The notes: generated by a model from the letters alone, not told the origin. 64,000 bases of DNA from Pelagibius sp. (GCF_028281305.1 NZ_JANQKD010000023.1:139598-203597); one strand, 5' to 3'; positions 54,826 through 63,585 are shown, counted from the stretch's first letter. Made by a program: numbers and translations.

Positions 54826-55251
54826 ATGATCACGATCACACAGCAAGACGTTGATGTCCTGGCGCGCACGGTCTACGGCGAGGCGCGCGGGGAGCAGATG
54901 CAGGGCAAGCTCGCCGTTGCCTACGTCATCATGAACCGTGTCCGCGCGGATCTCCACGGCGACGAAAAGCCGGATTGGTGGGGCGAGGGGATTGTCGGTG
55001 TCTGCCTGCGTGATCGCCAGTTCTCCTGCTGGAACCACAACGACCCGAACCGCACGAAACTGATGACGGTCGGACCTGACGACAAGGCTTTCGCCGAGTG
55101 CATCGGTGCGGCGTTGATGGCGATCCACCGGTTGCAGCCGGATCCGACCGATGGAGCCGACCATTACTTGGCTTCGCACGCCTGGGCGGATTGGGCTAAG
55201 GGCAGGCCTTTCGTCTCCATCGGCCGTCATCGCTTCTTCCACCTGAACTGA
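54826..55251 (+). CDS. Endolysin, cell wall hydrolase (SleB/Hydrolase_2)
   Basis: LARTVYGEARGE (catalytic Glu), AVAYVIMNRV, QFSCWN..DPN, GADHY. Confidence 0.92.
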   Translation: MITITQQDVDVLARTVYGEARGEQMQGKLAVAYVIMNRVRADLHGDEKPDWWGEGIVGVCLRDRQFSCWNHNDPNRTKLMTVGPDDKAFAECIGAALMAIHRLQPDPTDGADHYLASHAWADWAKGRPFVSIGRHRFFHLN

Positions 55252-55868
55252 TGCCGGCACAGAGAGGCCGCCACCTGCGGCCGAGCGTGCGGACGGTCGC
55301 GACGCCGTCCGAGGCCAAGCGGCTCTATAAGCATCCACGCTGGCGGCGGCTGGATCTCGACCGTGCGCGGCGGTCGCAGCTGATCGGCTCGTGCGAGGAT
55401 CTGCGGGTCGTCGACGAGTGGTTCGCATGGCTGCAGGAACGCTGGCGTCACCGCGACGAGGGCCAGAACATCTGGGCCAACATGATCCGCCGCTGGCGCA
55501 AGGTCGCCGGGCAGTGGGTCCTCCTTTGGTTCGGCGACTGCGAGGACTGGTGCCTGCTGCTGATCCTGCATCTGGTCACGCGCGCCGGCTTCCCTCGCGG
55601 GGCGCTGCGGCTCTGCGCCTGTGAGATCCCGCGCCCGGGCAGAAAGCCGGAGGGCCACATGGTCGTGGCCGTCGCAACCGACCGCGGGACCCTGGTCTGC
55701 GATCCGCTGCAGGACCGTCCGCGATGGGCCGACGATCCGGTTTTCGCGGGCCATGACTGGCATTCGATCGAGGACCCGCCGGAGATCCCTGGCCCGGGCC
55801 GGGGTGTCTGGCGGTCCCTGCGCGTCGTCACCCTGGAGGACGCGCTGCGTTTTCATCCGCAAAGCTGA
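55251..55868 (+). CDS. Transglutaminase-like cysteine protease (BTLCP/C93-like), copy 2
   Basis: GDCEDW (Cys), FPRGALRL, GHMVVAV (His), LVCD (Asp); no signal peptide seen; coupled to the endolysin stop. Confidence 0.78.
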   Translation: MPAQRGRHLRPSVRTVATPSEAKRLYKHPRWRRLDLDRARRSQLIGSCEDLRVVDEWFAWLQERWRHRDEGQNIWANMIRRWRKVAGQWVLLWFGDCEDWCLLLILHLVTRAGFPRGALRLCACEIPRPGRKPEGHMVVAVATDRGTLVCDPLQDRPRWADDPVFAGHDWHSIEDPPEIPGPGRGVWRSLRVVTLEDALRFHPQS

Positions 55869-55879
55869 AAGGAAAGACG

Positions 55880-56803
55880 ATGGATGAGTTTTTGACACCG
55901 GAACTGATCGGGGGCCTGACCGGCGGCCTGATCGTAGCAATTGGCTTGTTCATCTTCCGAGGTGTGGCCTGGATCAAAGACTTTGTCACAGGGACACCGA
56001 CGAAGCTTGACGACAAGGTCTACAACAAGGTGGTCGAGGCATTTCGGGAGGCAGGCGAGATCTCGCTGCCCGAGAGCATCGACCAAGGGAAGGGTGTGAG
56101 AATCGACAATCTGGTGCTGGCCAAGCGCGATTCCGGAAACAAGGACTCCAGCCCACGCTCGCCGGCAATGGTCGCGGCGGCAGCACTGCTGATGGCTTTG
56201 ACCCTGACCGCGTGCGATCCGTTCAAAGCCTTCATTCCGAGCGGCTCGGTGATCCAGAGCGGCGAGGCGGCCGAAGACGAAAGCGCCCAAAAGCGGCTGG
56301 CGGACCAGATCTTCGGTGCGGTCTCAGGCCAGGAGGGGCGAACGGCACGCCTGACGCTGGTCATGGCGACCTACAGCGAACTGGCCGCCGACCGCGTGAC
56401 CCGCTTCGATCAGGACCAGGCGCCCACGGTGCTGGGCCGCTTCGCGGAGTTGCGGGGCATGCTGGCCCGCTTCCAGACCACGCCGGACGCTGTGTTCGTC
56501 GAGACCAACCTCCGCTACGCGAGCTTGGCGATAGCCTCGATTGTCATCGATACGGGCCTGGACCGGGCCGGAGCGCTCGCGGGCAACGTGATCGGAGGCC
56601 TGAGTGTCAGCGGCCTGGGCGACCGGGCCAAGGTCGTGGCCCGTCAAGCGGCCCTGACAGAGGCGCTCCTCGCCGACGTGCGGGCGGCGACGGCCAGGAT
56701 GCGCGACGATCCATCCTCGATTGCCGGCATCCAGCAGGCCGCCCTGGCCCGCTTCACGGCCAACGAGAACCGCATCAAAGCGATCCTGGGCCTGATCGCC
56801 TAG
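55880..56803 (+). CDS. N-terminal TM/holin-like module joined to an internal-lipobox helical domain (spanin-like?)
   Basis: TM at residues 9-27, TPTKLDDK motif, internal MVAAAALLMALTLTAC lipobox at about residues 97-112. Confidence 0.55.
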   Translation: MDEFLTPELIGGLTGGLIVAIGLFIFRGVAWIKDFVTGTPTKLDDKVYNKVVEAFREAGEISLPESIDQGKGVRIDNLVLAKRDSGNKDSSPRSPAMVAAAALLMALTLTACDPFKAFIPSGSVIQSGEAAEDESAQKRLADQIFGAVSGQEGRTARLTLVMATYSELAADRVTRFDQDQAPTVLGRFAELRGMLARFQTTPDAVFVETNLRYASLAIASIVIDTGLDRAGALAGNVIGGLSVSGLGDRAKVVARQAALTEALLADVRAATARMRDDPSSIAGIQQAALARFTANENRIKAILGLIA

Positions 56804-56955
56804 CCGCCACACATCACAGTCCCATGACGTGCCCCCGCCATGGAGGCTGGGGCAGGGCCGTGCGAACAGCCCGAGCGGCGAGACTGAATTCTTGCCCATC
56901 CATCTTAGCACCGCGGCAACATCGATCGTTTAGTGCCGCGCATGTGGGCAAGTGG

Positions 56956-57312
56956 CTATCTCACTTCTTGTGCTGCTTTCAGGTGTTCTCCTGTGCCGCA
57001 TGAAATCCCGGTGTTCCATGGCTGCTTGCCGCCCTTCAGGACGACGAGATCCGCCAAGGGCACGTTGACGACGTCCCCTAGGACCTTGGGGGCATTATGT
57101 GACTGACACTTTAGGTACCATTCTTGAACTGACGGCCCATCCCCGCGGTCGATGGATTCAAGAATCTGGTACTTGAACTTCCCGCCCTTTTCGATTGGGT
57201 CGTGAATGCACCAACGCATGTTGTTTTTGAGGTCGACGAAATCGCAAGCGAGAACACTGGCTGGCGCCAGCAGTCCAACAGCAAGTGCACAAATACAAAA
57301 GGCTCTTCGCAT
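56956..57312 (-). CDS. Small secreted Cys-containing protein
   Basis: MRRAFCICALAVGLLAPASVLA-C signal peptide; ATG behind GGAGG; low GC; same strand as and just downstream of the TIR gene. Confidence 0.65.
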   Translation of the reverse strand: MRRAFCICALAVGLLAPASVLACDFVDLKNNMRWCIHDPIEKGGKFKYQILESIDRGDGPSVQEWYLKCQSHNAPKVLGDVVNVPLADLVVLKGGKQPWNTGISCGTGEHLKAAQEVR

Positions 57313-57350
57313 CGCATCCTCCTTTGATCTGCATCTTCGGTTGGATAACG

Positions 57351-57848
57351 CTAATTGGCCTTGCGGATTCTGATCGCCTCTTCGACTGCATTGCTGAGAT
57401 GCTTGGAGATCCAGTCGTAGCGTTCTTTGCTGGTGGAGCCTCCTGGGGTGTAGCACTTCACGATCGCAGACAGCTTCTTTCCTGTGTTTCCATACCCAAT
57501 GAAGTCGAATGGGTTCTTACCCACCGATGCAGTGTCCCCAGCCAAGTCGGTCAATCCGTGGATCCGGATGCCCACGACGCCCATGTTGCTGTCCCACGAT
57601 CGGATAATTTCGTGATTGATCCACTTCCGGTTAGCCGTATTGGCCCCGACCAAAACGACCGTGCAGCTTCGACCTGACATCTGCCTGCCGATCCAGTTCC
57701 GGATCGCTTGGTCTCCACCTTTGGTGACGCTCTCCCAATCGTTGTCAGAGACAGGTGCATTGCCTTCAATAACACCGATGTTTCGAACCTTTGCCGCCCG
57801 GGTGCTGTCAGGTTTGTAGTGGAAACTGTAGAAGCACTTCCTCTTCAT
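57351..57848 (-). CDS. ThsB-like TIR domain protein (DUF1863)
   Basis: CFYSFHY..D, DNDWE.V, IRNWI..QM.GRSCTVVLVG..TA.RKWI.HEI with the catalytic Glu retained, VVGIRIHGL, GKNPF. Confidence 0.9.
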   Translation of the reverse strand: MKRKCFYSFHYKPDSTRAAKVRNIGVIEGNAPVSDNDWESVTKGGDQAIRNWIGRQMSGRSCTVVLVGANTANRKWINHEIIRSWDSNMGVVGIRIHGLTDLAGDTASVGKNPFDFIGYGNTGKKLSAIVKCYTPGGSTSKERYDWISKHLSNAVEEAIRIRKAN

Positions 57849-57859
57849 TCACCAACCCC

Positions 57860-58261
57860 CTAAAGCAGCGCAAGCATTACAACGACAACAGCGAAGAGCA
57901 GTCCGCCGTGAAATGCGACAAGTGTTGCAGAGAAGATGACACGGGCTAGGGCGGGGACCTCTCGATCGACTGACTTTGTGCTCATCGAAAAGTCGATTGC
58001 GTCATCTTCCATCTTCCGCACCCTGTCGTATAGCGCTCGAAACATCTTCTCTTGCCGCAAGAAGTATCCATCGAGACCCCAGAATACTATTACGGGAATA
58101 TAAGCCAAGAATATAAAACTTCGGTTTGAATTCTCTGCCGCTAGTGCGGAGAGTGCCGCGACCAACACCACGCTCCATCCCTTAAGCAAGAAGGAGCTCT
58201 GTGCAAGGCGATTGATTACACCTTGGACAAACTCCATGTGCTTGATTTTACGATGTTCCAT
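57860..58261 (-). CDS. Small multi-TM membrane protein (putative TIR-associated effector)
   Basis: KHMEFVQGVINRLAQSSFLLKGWSV, FWGLDGYFLRQEKMFRALYD; three hydrophobic segments; 11 nt upstream of the TIR gene. Confidence 0.8.
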   Translation of the reverse strand: MEHRKIKHMEFVQGVINRLAQSSFLLKGWSVVLVAALSALAAENSNRSFIFLAYIPVIVFWGLDGYFLRQEKMFRALYDRVRKMEDDAIDFSMSTKSVDREVPALARVIFSATLVAFHGGLLFAVVVVMLALL

Positions 58262-58357
58262 CGCGCCCTCCCACTTGACACGGCAGTGTAGCAGTCCAGT
58301 CAGATCCCAGAAAACTAGCCTCTTGTACATGGTTTGTTCTGGTGCGAAGATATCTCA

Positions 58358-58591
58358 ATGCACGAGACCTACCAGCCCGCTGATCCTAAAGACGTGGTGC
58401 AGTCGATCGCCATGGCGTTGCAGCTCAGAGTGCCGCAGGTTTTAAAGGTGAAGGATGCCAGCGACCGCGAGCGCATGGCCCGGGCGATTGCCGTTCATCT
58501 GGAACTGTGCGGCTACAAGATTTGCAAAAGGCCGTGGGATCTGCCCAGTCAGAGTGTCCTGGCGGGGCCAAAGGGCGAGACGCAGCGATGA
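58358..58591 (+). CDS. Hypothetical protein
   Basis: 77-aa ORF divergent from the TIR cassette; RERMARAIAVHLELCGY. Confidence 0.5.
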   Translation: MHETYQPADPKDVVQSIAMALQLRVPQVLKVKDASDRERMARAIAVHLELCGYKICKRPWDLPSQSVLAGPKGETQR

Positions 58592-58970
58592 CGGTCTTGC
58601 AGGCCTGGCGCTCATCTTTGGCATCGAGGCGCAGCTTTGCCATTTGTCCAGATGTCAGTTGCGGCGGCGGTATACCCGGCTTTCAGTGCTATCTCACTAA
58701 TGCTGAAAGAGAGCCGCTTTTTTTCGACCTGATTGTCCAGTTGGCGGTGGCTAACAGTGCGAACCTGAAGCGCTGTGGCTACTGTGGCCTCGTATACGAG
58801 CGAGCGATCCCTGACCGACTGCTTGGCCATCTACTTGACGGTGTCGAGGGCAGAGTATGGCGACCATTGAAGCTGCGCTACTAACCGTCTTACCCGATGC
58901 GGGTACGGTCCAAGTCTTGGCTGTTCGTGTGGAATGAACTCGACGCCAATGCGGAACCTAGCGAAAACAG

Positions 58971-58992
58971 ACTGTGTCAGCTATGTGCCAGC
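58971..58992 (+). repeat. 22-bp direct repeat, right copy (candidate attR or arm site)
   Basis: ACTGTGTCAGCTATGTGCCAGC; matches 16779-16800 with one mismatch. Confidence 0.7.
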
Positions 58993-59039
58993 GTTCCTTC
59001 GCCGTTCTGCACTTTTCTGCGCGGACCTGCACTTTGGGC

Positions 59040-59068
59040 TTGCGCGACCCCTCGGCAAGACGCTAGGA
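59040..59068 (+). promoter_or_regulatory. Putative sigma70 promoter of tRNA-Ser
   Basis: TTGCGC-N17-CTAGGA about 20 nt upstream of the tRNA. Confidence 0.5.
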
Positions 59069-59089
59069 AAACTGCGCTTTTCCCGGCGA

Positions 59090-59182
59090 GGACAGGTGGC
59101 CGAGTGGCTGAAGGCGCTCCCCTGCTAAGGGAGTATGTGGTTAAGAGCTGCATCGAGGGTTCGAATCCCTCCCTGTCCGCCA
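59090..59182 (+). tRNA. tRNA-Ser(GCT)
   Basis: GGACAGG/CCTGTCC acceptor stem, TGGCCGAGTGG D arm, CTCCC-CTGCTAA-GGGAG anticodon arm, long variable arm, GGTTCGAATCC, encoded CCA. Confidence 0.97.
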
Positions 59183-59407
59183 TATCCCTCCAAGTTAGTG
59201 AAATCCATACTGAAATCGCGTGACGACCGGTGCTTAGCGGTCAGACGCGAATAGCTTCCGTCCCCGATCCGGAACGTCCGCAAACGGCTCTGAGCCAGGC
59301 GCCTCGCCCGCCAGATGTGGCCAAAGCGGCCCCGGCTCGCAGTTTCCTGCCTGCTGCTGATGACCGAAGCCGCCCGCAGATGAAATCCCTGTGACACGAG
59401 AAGCGCG

Positions 59408-59422
59408 TTAACGCTTGCTTAA
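59408..59422. promoter_or_regulatory. CtrA-binding site
   Basis: Exact TTAACGCTTGCTTAA; second TTAACGCTTG half site at 59487; upstream of the M23-bactofilin operon. Confidence 0.65.
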
Positions 59423-59715
59423 GTTTGATCCGGCTTGATGAACAGGCGTTTTGGGGGACATCCCATGATCGGAAGGGGCGTTGCCCTTAACGCTTGGTGC
59501 CGTGGTAGCCGACGGCGCGGCTTGAGCCGATGACCGCCGATGGCCGGTCGGGCCGAGGTTTCAGGTCACAAAGTTACATGTTGAATTCAATACTTCTCTT
59601 CAGGACGGTAAATTAGTCATCTGATTTTGCTTTATTTTTTGATGTCGGCAGAGCTCTCGGCGAGCAGAAGCGCGGGCCGAGAGTTGGGTAAGAGTTCGGG
59701 AGGGTTGCAGAGCAT

Positions 59716-61320
59716 ATGCTGCAGGGCCTGAGAAGCAGGGTAGATGCAAAGCTCAGCGCGTTTTTCGTGCCGCGGGAGCTGATTCTCCGTGCCCATGACC
59801 GCGTCACAGTCCTGCGGCTCTCGGTTCGCACCCAACAAGCCGGCTTGTGTGCCGTCTTTCTTTTTCTCGTTTGGACGCTCGCGGCGAGTGGCGGTTTCGT
59901 TCTGCAGGAATACACCATCGCAGGCAAGGACGACGAAATCGAACAACAGAAGTTCGATTACTTTTCTCTCCTCAGCGAAGTGGCAGAGTACCACCAGCAG
60001 TTCGCGCGCATTGCCGGCTCTCTTGAGGACAACCAGGCTTACCTGCTCTCAGCGCTGCGGGACGGTGTGCAGGGCGAGGAAGCGCTTGCCCGCATCGAGG
60101 AGAACCTCAGAAAGACCGAGTCCGAAGAGACCAGAGTTGTGGCGGCCCGGGCCGGACTGGGATCCAAGGCTGAACGTTTCGGTTCCGAACTCGAGGCCAT
60201 TCTGGAGCGCGACCAAGCTCTTCGTGCGCGGGTTCAGTCCATGCGCTCCATTCTGGTGGAAGACAGTCCAGACGGCGGACAGGCGGCCGAGGCAGACCGC
60301 AGGCTGGGTCAGCGACTGCAGGATCTTGAAAGCGAACTGACGCAGTCCGATACGGCGAGACGCCAGCTTGAAGCCACGGTCGCGGACCTCCGTTCGCAGG
60401 TAATGACAGCGCAGCAGGAGCGGGAAGCAGCGGAAACGACTGGGGAACAGTTCCGAGACGAGATCCGGATCCTGGAATCTCAATTGACGCTCGCAGCCAA
60501 CCGCGAAGACGGACTGGATCGACAGATCTCAGCGCTGGAGCAGTCGCTGGAGACGGCCATTCATCGGGGCGACGGCTTGGCAGACGACAAATCCGGTCTG
60601 CAGGGTGAGCTTGTGGACGCCCGTCAAAGGATGTCGGATCTGCGCGCTGCACAACACAGCATTGTGGAACGGCTGCGCGACCGCACGGAGCTCGGCGTCG
60701 ACAGCATCGAACGTACGGTTGCAATGACTGGCCTGAAAGTTGAAGACTTGTTGGCACGGGTGGAGGGCAGCGGAGCCTCTCAGGGCGGTCCTTTCATCGC
60801 CGGTGACTATTCCGGCGATTTCAATGGCGATGCAGAGCTCGAGATTGCCCTCTCGCTTCTAGATCTACGTCTAAATCGTTGGAATGCTTTACAGAAGATA
60901 ATGCGTACACTGCCGCTGACGGTTCCGCTGGACAGCTATTCCATCAGCAGCGGCTACGGCAAGCGCAAAGATCCGCTGAATGGACGCATGGCGTACCATC
61001 GCGGATTGGATTTCCGGGCGCGCACGAAGGCGCCCATCTACTCGACAGCACCAGGAACGGTCACCTATGCCGGCTGGAGTGGGCCCTTCGGTCGCATGAT
61101 CGAGATCGATCACGGCCACGGCATTCGAACGCGGTACGCCCACCTTAAAAAGATTCTTGTCAAATCAGGACAGTCGGTAGCTAATCGCGAGAAGATCGGT
61201 CTTGTCGGCTCTTCCGGCCGCAGCACCGGTCCACACTTGCACTACGAAGTGCGCTATAACGGCGCTCCGCTCAACCCCATGAAGTTCTTGACGGCAGGCA
61301 AGCATGTTTTCAAAGACTAA
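59716..61320 (+). CDS. M23 family peptidase with N-terminal TM and coiled coil
   Basis: HRGLDF (HxxxD), IDHGHGIRTRYAHL, STGPHLHYEV. Confidence 0.93.
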   Translation: MLQGLRSRVDAKLSAFFVPRELILRAHDRVTVLRLSVRTQQAGLCAVFLFLVWTLAASGGFVLQEYTIAGKDDEIEQQKFDYFSLLSEVAEYHQQFARIAGSLEDNQAYLLSALRDGVQGEEALARIEENLRKTESEETRVVAARAGLGSKAERFGSELEAILERDQALRARVQSMRSILVEDSPDGGQAAEADRRLGQRLQDLESELTQSDTARRQLEATVADLRSQVMTAQQEREAAETTGEQFRDEIRILESQLTLAANREDGLDRQISALEQSLETAIHRGDGLADDKSGLQGELVDARQRMSDLRAAQHSIVERLRDRTELGVDSIERTVAMTGLKVEDLLARVEGSGASQGGPFIAGDYSGDFNGDAELEIALSLLDLRLNRWNALQKIMRTLPLTVPLDSYSISSGYGKRKDPLNGRMAYHRGLDFRARTKAPIYSTAPGTVTYAGWSGPFGRMIEIDHGHGIRTRYAHLKKILVKSGQSVANREKIGLVGSSGRSTGPHLHYEVRYNGAPLNPMKFLTAGKHVFKD

Positions 61321-61798
61321 AGAGACCAGTGGTAGCCCCGAACCCGTAACGCCCACCAGCACGGAGCCTAAGCGAAGCCCCGCAAACAGTGGTGTGCCTT
61401 CGATCATCAGCGCCGATCTGAAGATAACCGGCAACCTGAGAAGCGATGGCGATATCCAGGTTGATGGCTTTGTCGAGGGCGACATCGACAGCGCAACCCT
61501 CACCGTCGGAGAGGGGGCTCAGGTCAAAGGCCACATCAGCTGCGATGCCGTGCGGATCTGCGGAACCATCGATGGTGCCGTGAAGGCGAAGTCTGTCGTT
61601 ATGGCGAAGTCGGCCCGTGTGATCGGCGACATCATCCATGACAGCCTGGCCATTGAGGCGGGTGCCTTCATCGAGGGCAACATCAAGCGGCTGGAAGGTG
61701 CGAGCCGGTCCTCCGGGGGTACCAGCAACGTCACGCCGGCGCCGACAGCGTCGAGCAGCAGCGGCGGCTCCCAGACCAGCAAGCCCCTCGCGAGCTAA
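61304..61798 (+). CDS. Bactofilin (polymer-forming cytoskeletal protein)
   Basis: PSIISADLKITGNL.SDGDIQVDG.VEGDI...LTVGEGAQVKG beta-helix repeats; overlaps the M23 gene. Confidence 0.94.
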   Translation: MFSKTKETSGSPEPVTPTSTEPKRSPANSGVPSIISADLKITGNLRSDGDIQVDGFVEGDIDSATLTVGEGAQVKGHISCDAVRICGTIDGAVKAKSVVMAKSARVIGDIIHDSLAIEAGAFIEGNIKRLEGASRSSGGTSNVTPAPTASSSSGGSQTSKPLAS

Positions 61799-62835
61799 GG
61801 GCCGCAGTCGCCCTGTTCTTCGCAGTCGCCCTGTTCTTCTAGGACAGAGCGAAAGAGATCGGGATCAACGTTTCCGCCGGACAGGGTCAAAGCGACTGTC
61901 CGGCCGGCGCAGTCGATCTTGCCTGCAAGGACCGCGGCCAAGCAGACGGCCCCGCCTGGCTCCACGACCAGCTTGAGGACGCGGAAGGCGAAAGCCATCG
62001 CGGCCTTCACTTCCCGGTCGGTCACGGCTAATCCGCCCCTGACACGGCCCTCGTTGGCGGCAAAGGTGAGCGTGCCCGGTTGCGGCGCCAGGAGGGCATC
62101 GCAGATTGATCCCTGCATGCTCTGGTTAGGCAGGATCTCTCCTGCTTCGAGGGAACGCCGGGTGTCATCGTAGTGGGCCGGTTCGACGGTCATCACTTCA
62201 GCATCGGGCAGCAAGCGCTCGAAAGCGATTGCGCAACCGGCCGTCAGTCCCCCTCCACCGCAGCAAACCAACAGTGTGTCCGGTCTCGCGCCCAAGGTCT
62301 CCGCCTGGCGGACGATTTCCAGACCGCAGGTTCCTTGGCCGGCGATGATGCCGCCGTCGTCGTAAGGCCGTACAAGCGTGGCGCCTCGTTCCTCACAGAG
62401 GCGGCCGCCGATCTCTTCGCGGGAGTCCGTCAGGCGGTCATAAAGGCCGACTTCGGCCCCATAACCCTTTGTGTTCTCAATCTTGATCGTCGGGGCATCT
62501 CTCGGCATCACGATCACAGCCGGAAGCCCAAGTATGGCGGCGGCGGCGGCGACGCCCTGTGCGTGGTTTCCAGAGGAAAAAGCCACAACACCATTCTTGT
62601 GGAGGGCTTCCGGAATCTGGGCAATCCGATTAAAGGCGCCCCGGAATTTGAAAGACCCGGTTCGCTGAAGCGATTCAGCCTTGAGCAAAACCCTGCCGCC
62701 GGCAAGTTCGTTCAGGGCGGCGGACTCCAACAACGGCGTCACGGTCGCCCAGCCGCACAAGCGCTCGGCCGCGCGCAGAATGTCATCAAAGGCAGGGACG
62801 TCATCAAATCGCGTCGAAGTCGTTGTATCAGGCAA
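61795..62835 (-). CDS. Threonine/serine dehydratase (PLP)
   Basis: ESLQRTGSFKFRGA, SSGNHAQG, GQGT, CGGGGL, EPGGA, LSGGN. Confidence 0.93.
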   Translation of the reverse strand: MPDTTTSTRFDDVPAFDDILRAAERLCGWATVTPLLESAALNELAGGRVLLKAESLQRTGSFKFRGAFNRIAQIPEALHKNGVVAFSSGNHAQGVAAAAAILGLPAVIVMPRDAPTIKIENTKGYGAEVGLYDRLTDSREEIGGRLCEERGATLVRPYDDGGIIAGQGTCGLEIVRQAETLGARPDTLLVCCGGGGLTAGCAIAFERLLPDAEVMTVEPAHYDDTRRSLEAGEILPNQSMQGSICDALLAPQPGTLTFAANEGRVRGGLAVTDREVKAAMAFAFRVLKLVVEPGGAVCLAAVLAGKIDCAGRTVALTLSGGNVDPDLFRSVLEEQGDCEEQGDCGP

Positions 62836-62886
62836 AGGGCATCGTCTTTCTTGATCGAGGAAGTGTTTCAGAGACAGTTGGGTCGG

Positions 62887-63585
62887 CTAGTCGATACCCA
62901 GCAAAGGCGGGAGCTCGGCGAGCGTGCTGATTGTAGCGCCCAGTTTACCGGGCAGGCGATCCGGCTCTCTCTGGAAGCGGTTCACCCATGCGACGTGGAA
63001 GCCAAAGTGGGCTGCGCCGCGTGCGTCCCAGCCGTTGCTGGAGAGAAAGCAGATTCTCTCCTGCGGTGTGTCGAGGCGATCCACGGCAAGCTGGTAGACC
63101 CGCGAGTCGGGCTTGTAGATCCCGACGTCTTCGACGGAAAGTGCCAGATCGAGAACAGGCTGCAGCCCGGCAGATTGGACCGCTGCGTCCAGCATCGTCG
63201 GACTTCCGTTTGAGAGAATTGCAGTGGCCAAGCCGGCGTTCTTCAACGTCTCCAGCGTGGTCTTCACTTCCGGGTAGGCATCCAGCGTCAAGTAGAGCTC
63301 CATCAGCCTCTGATGAAGCTCCGCATTCTCGGTTCCCGTTGCGGAGAGAGCGAAATCCAGGCTCTCCGCGGTTACCTGCCAGAAGTCGACGTGAGCGCCC
63401 ATGAGACTGCGTAGCCAGGTGTACTCCAGTTGTTTCTGGCGCCAGAGTTCGGAGACCTCGGTCGCCTTGTCGCCAAGGTCCTCACCGCCATGGCGAATCG
63501 CAGAGTGCACATCGAAGAGCGTTCCATAGGCATCGAAGACACAAGCCGTTACCCCTTCGAAGCGGGTGTCGTTATCTGATGCCAC
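62887..63585 (-). CDS. Haloacid dehalogenase type II
   Basis: FDAYGTLFDV, WRQKQLEYTW, ILSNG, YKPD..VY, FLSSNGWD. Confidence 0.93.
   Translation of the reverse strand: MASDNDTRFEGVTACVFDAYGTLFDVHSAIRHGGEDLGDKATEVSELWRQKQLEYTWLRSLMGAHVDFWQVTAESLDFALSATGTENAELHQRLMELYLTLDAYPEVKTTLETLKNAGLATAILSNGSPTMLDAAVQSAGLQPVLDLALSVEDVGIYKPDSRVYQLAVDRLDTPQERICFLSSNGWDARGAAHFGFHVAWVNRFQREPDRLPGKLGATISTLAELPPLLGID

Larger units (their letters stand above)
19076..58992. mobile_element. Lambda-like cos-type siphoviral prophage, apparently complete; left boundary uncertain (16779 if the 22-bp repeat is att; core phage starts about 21.5 kb)
   Basis: Ordered modules: int/xis, cI-cro-cII, primase/helicase, GpA terminase, lambda portal, S49 protease, capsid, tail, lysis; no disrupted core gene seen. 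Confidence 0.95.

Noticed and set aside
58612-58830. 72-aa minus-strand ORF near the right end
   Set aside because: No recognisable motif or clear RBS; possibly a decayed fragment
59090-59182. Classical att duplication of the tRNA 3' end
   Set aside because: No copy of TTCGAATCCCTCCCTGTCCGCCA found near either integrase by eye, and the phage lies 5' of the tRNA; only an 11-bp anticodon-arm match at 16708, which may be chance
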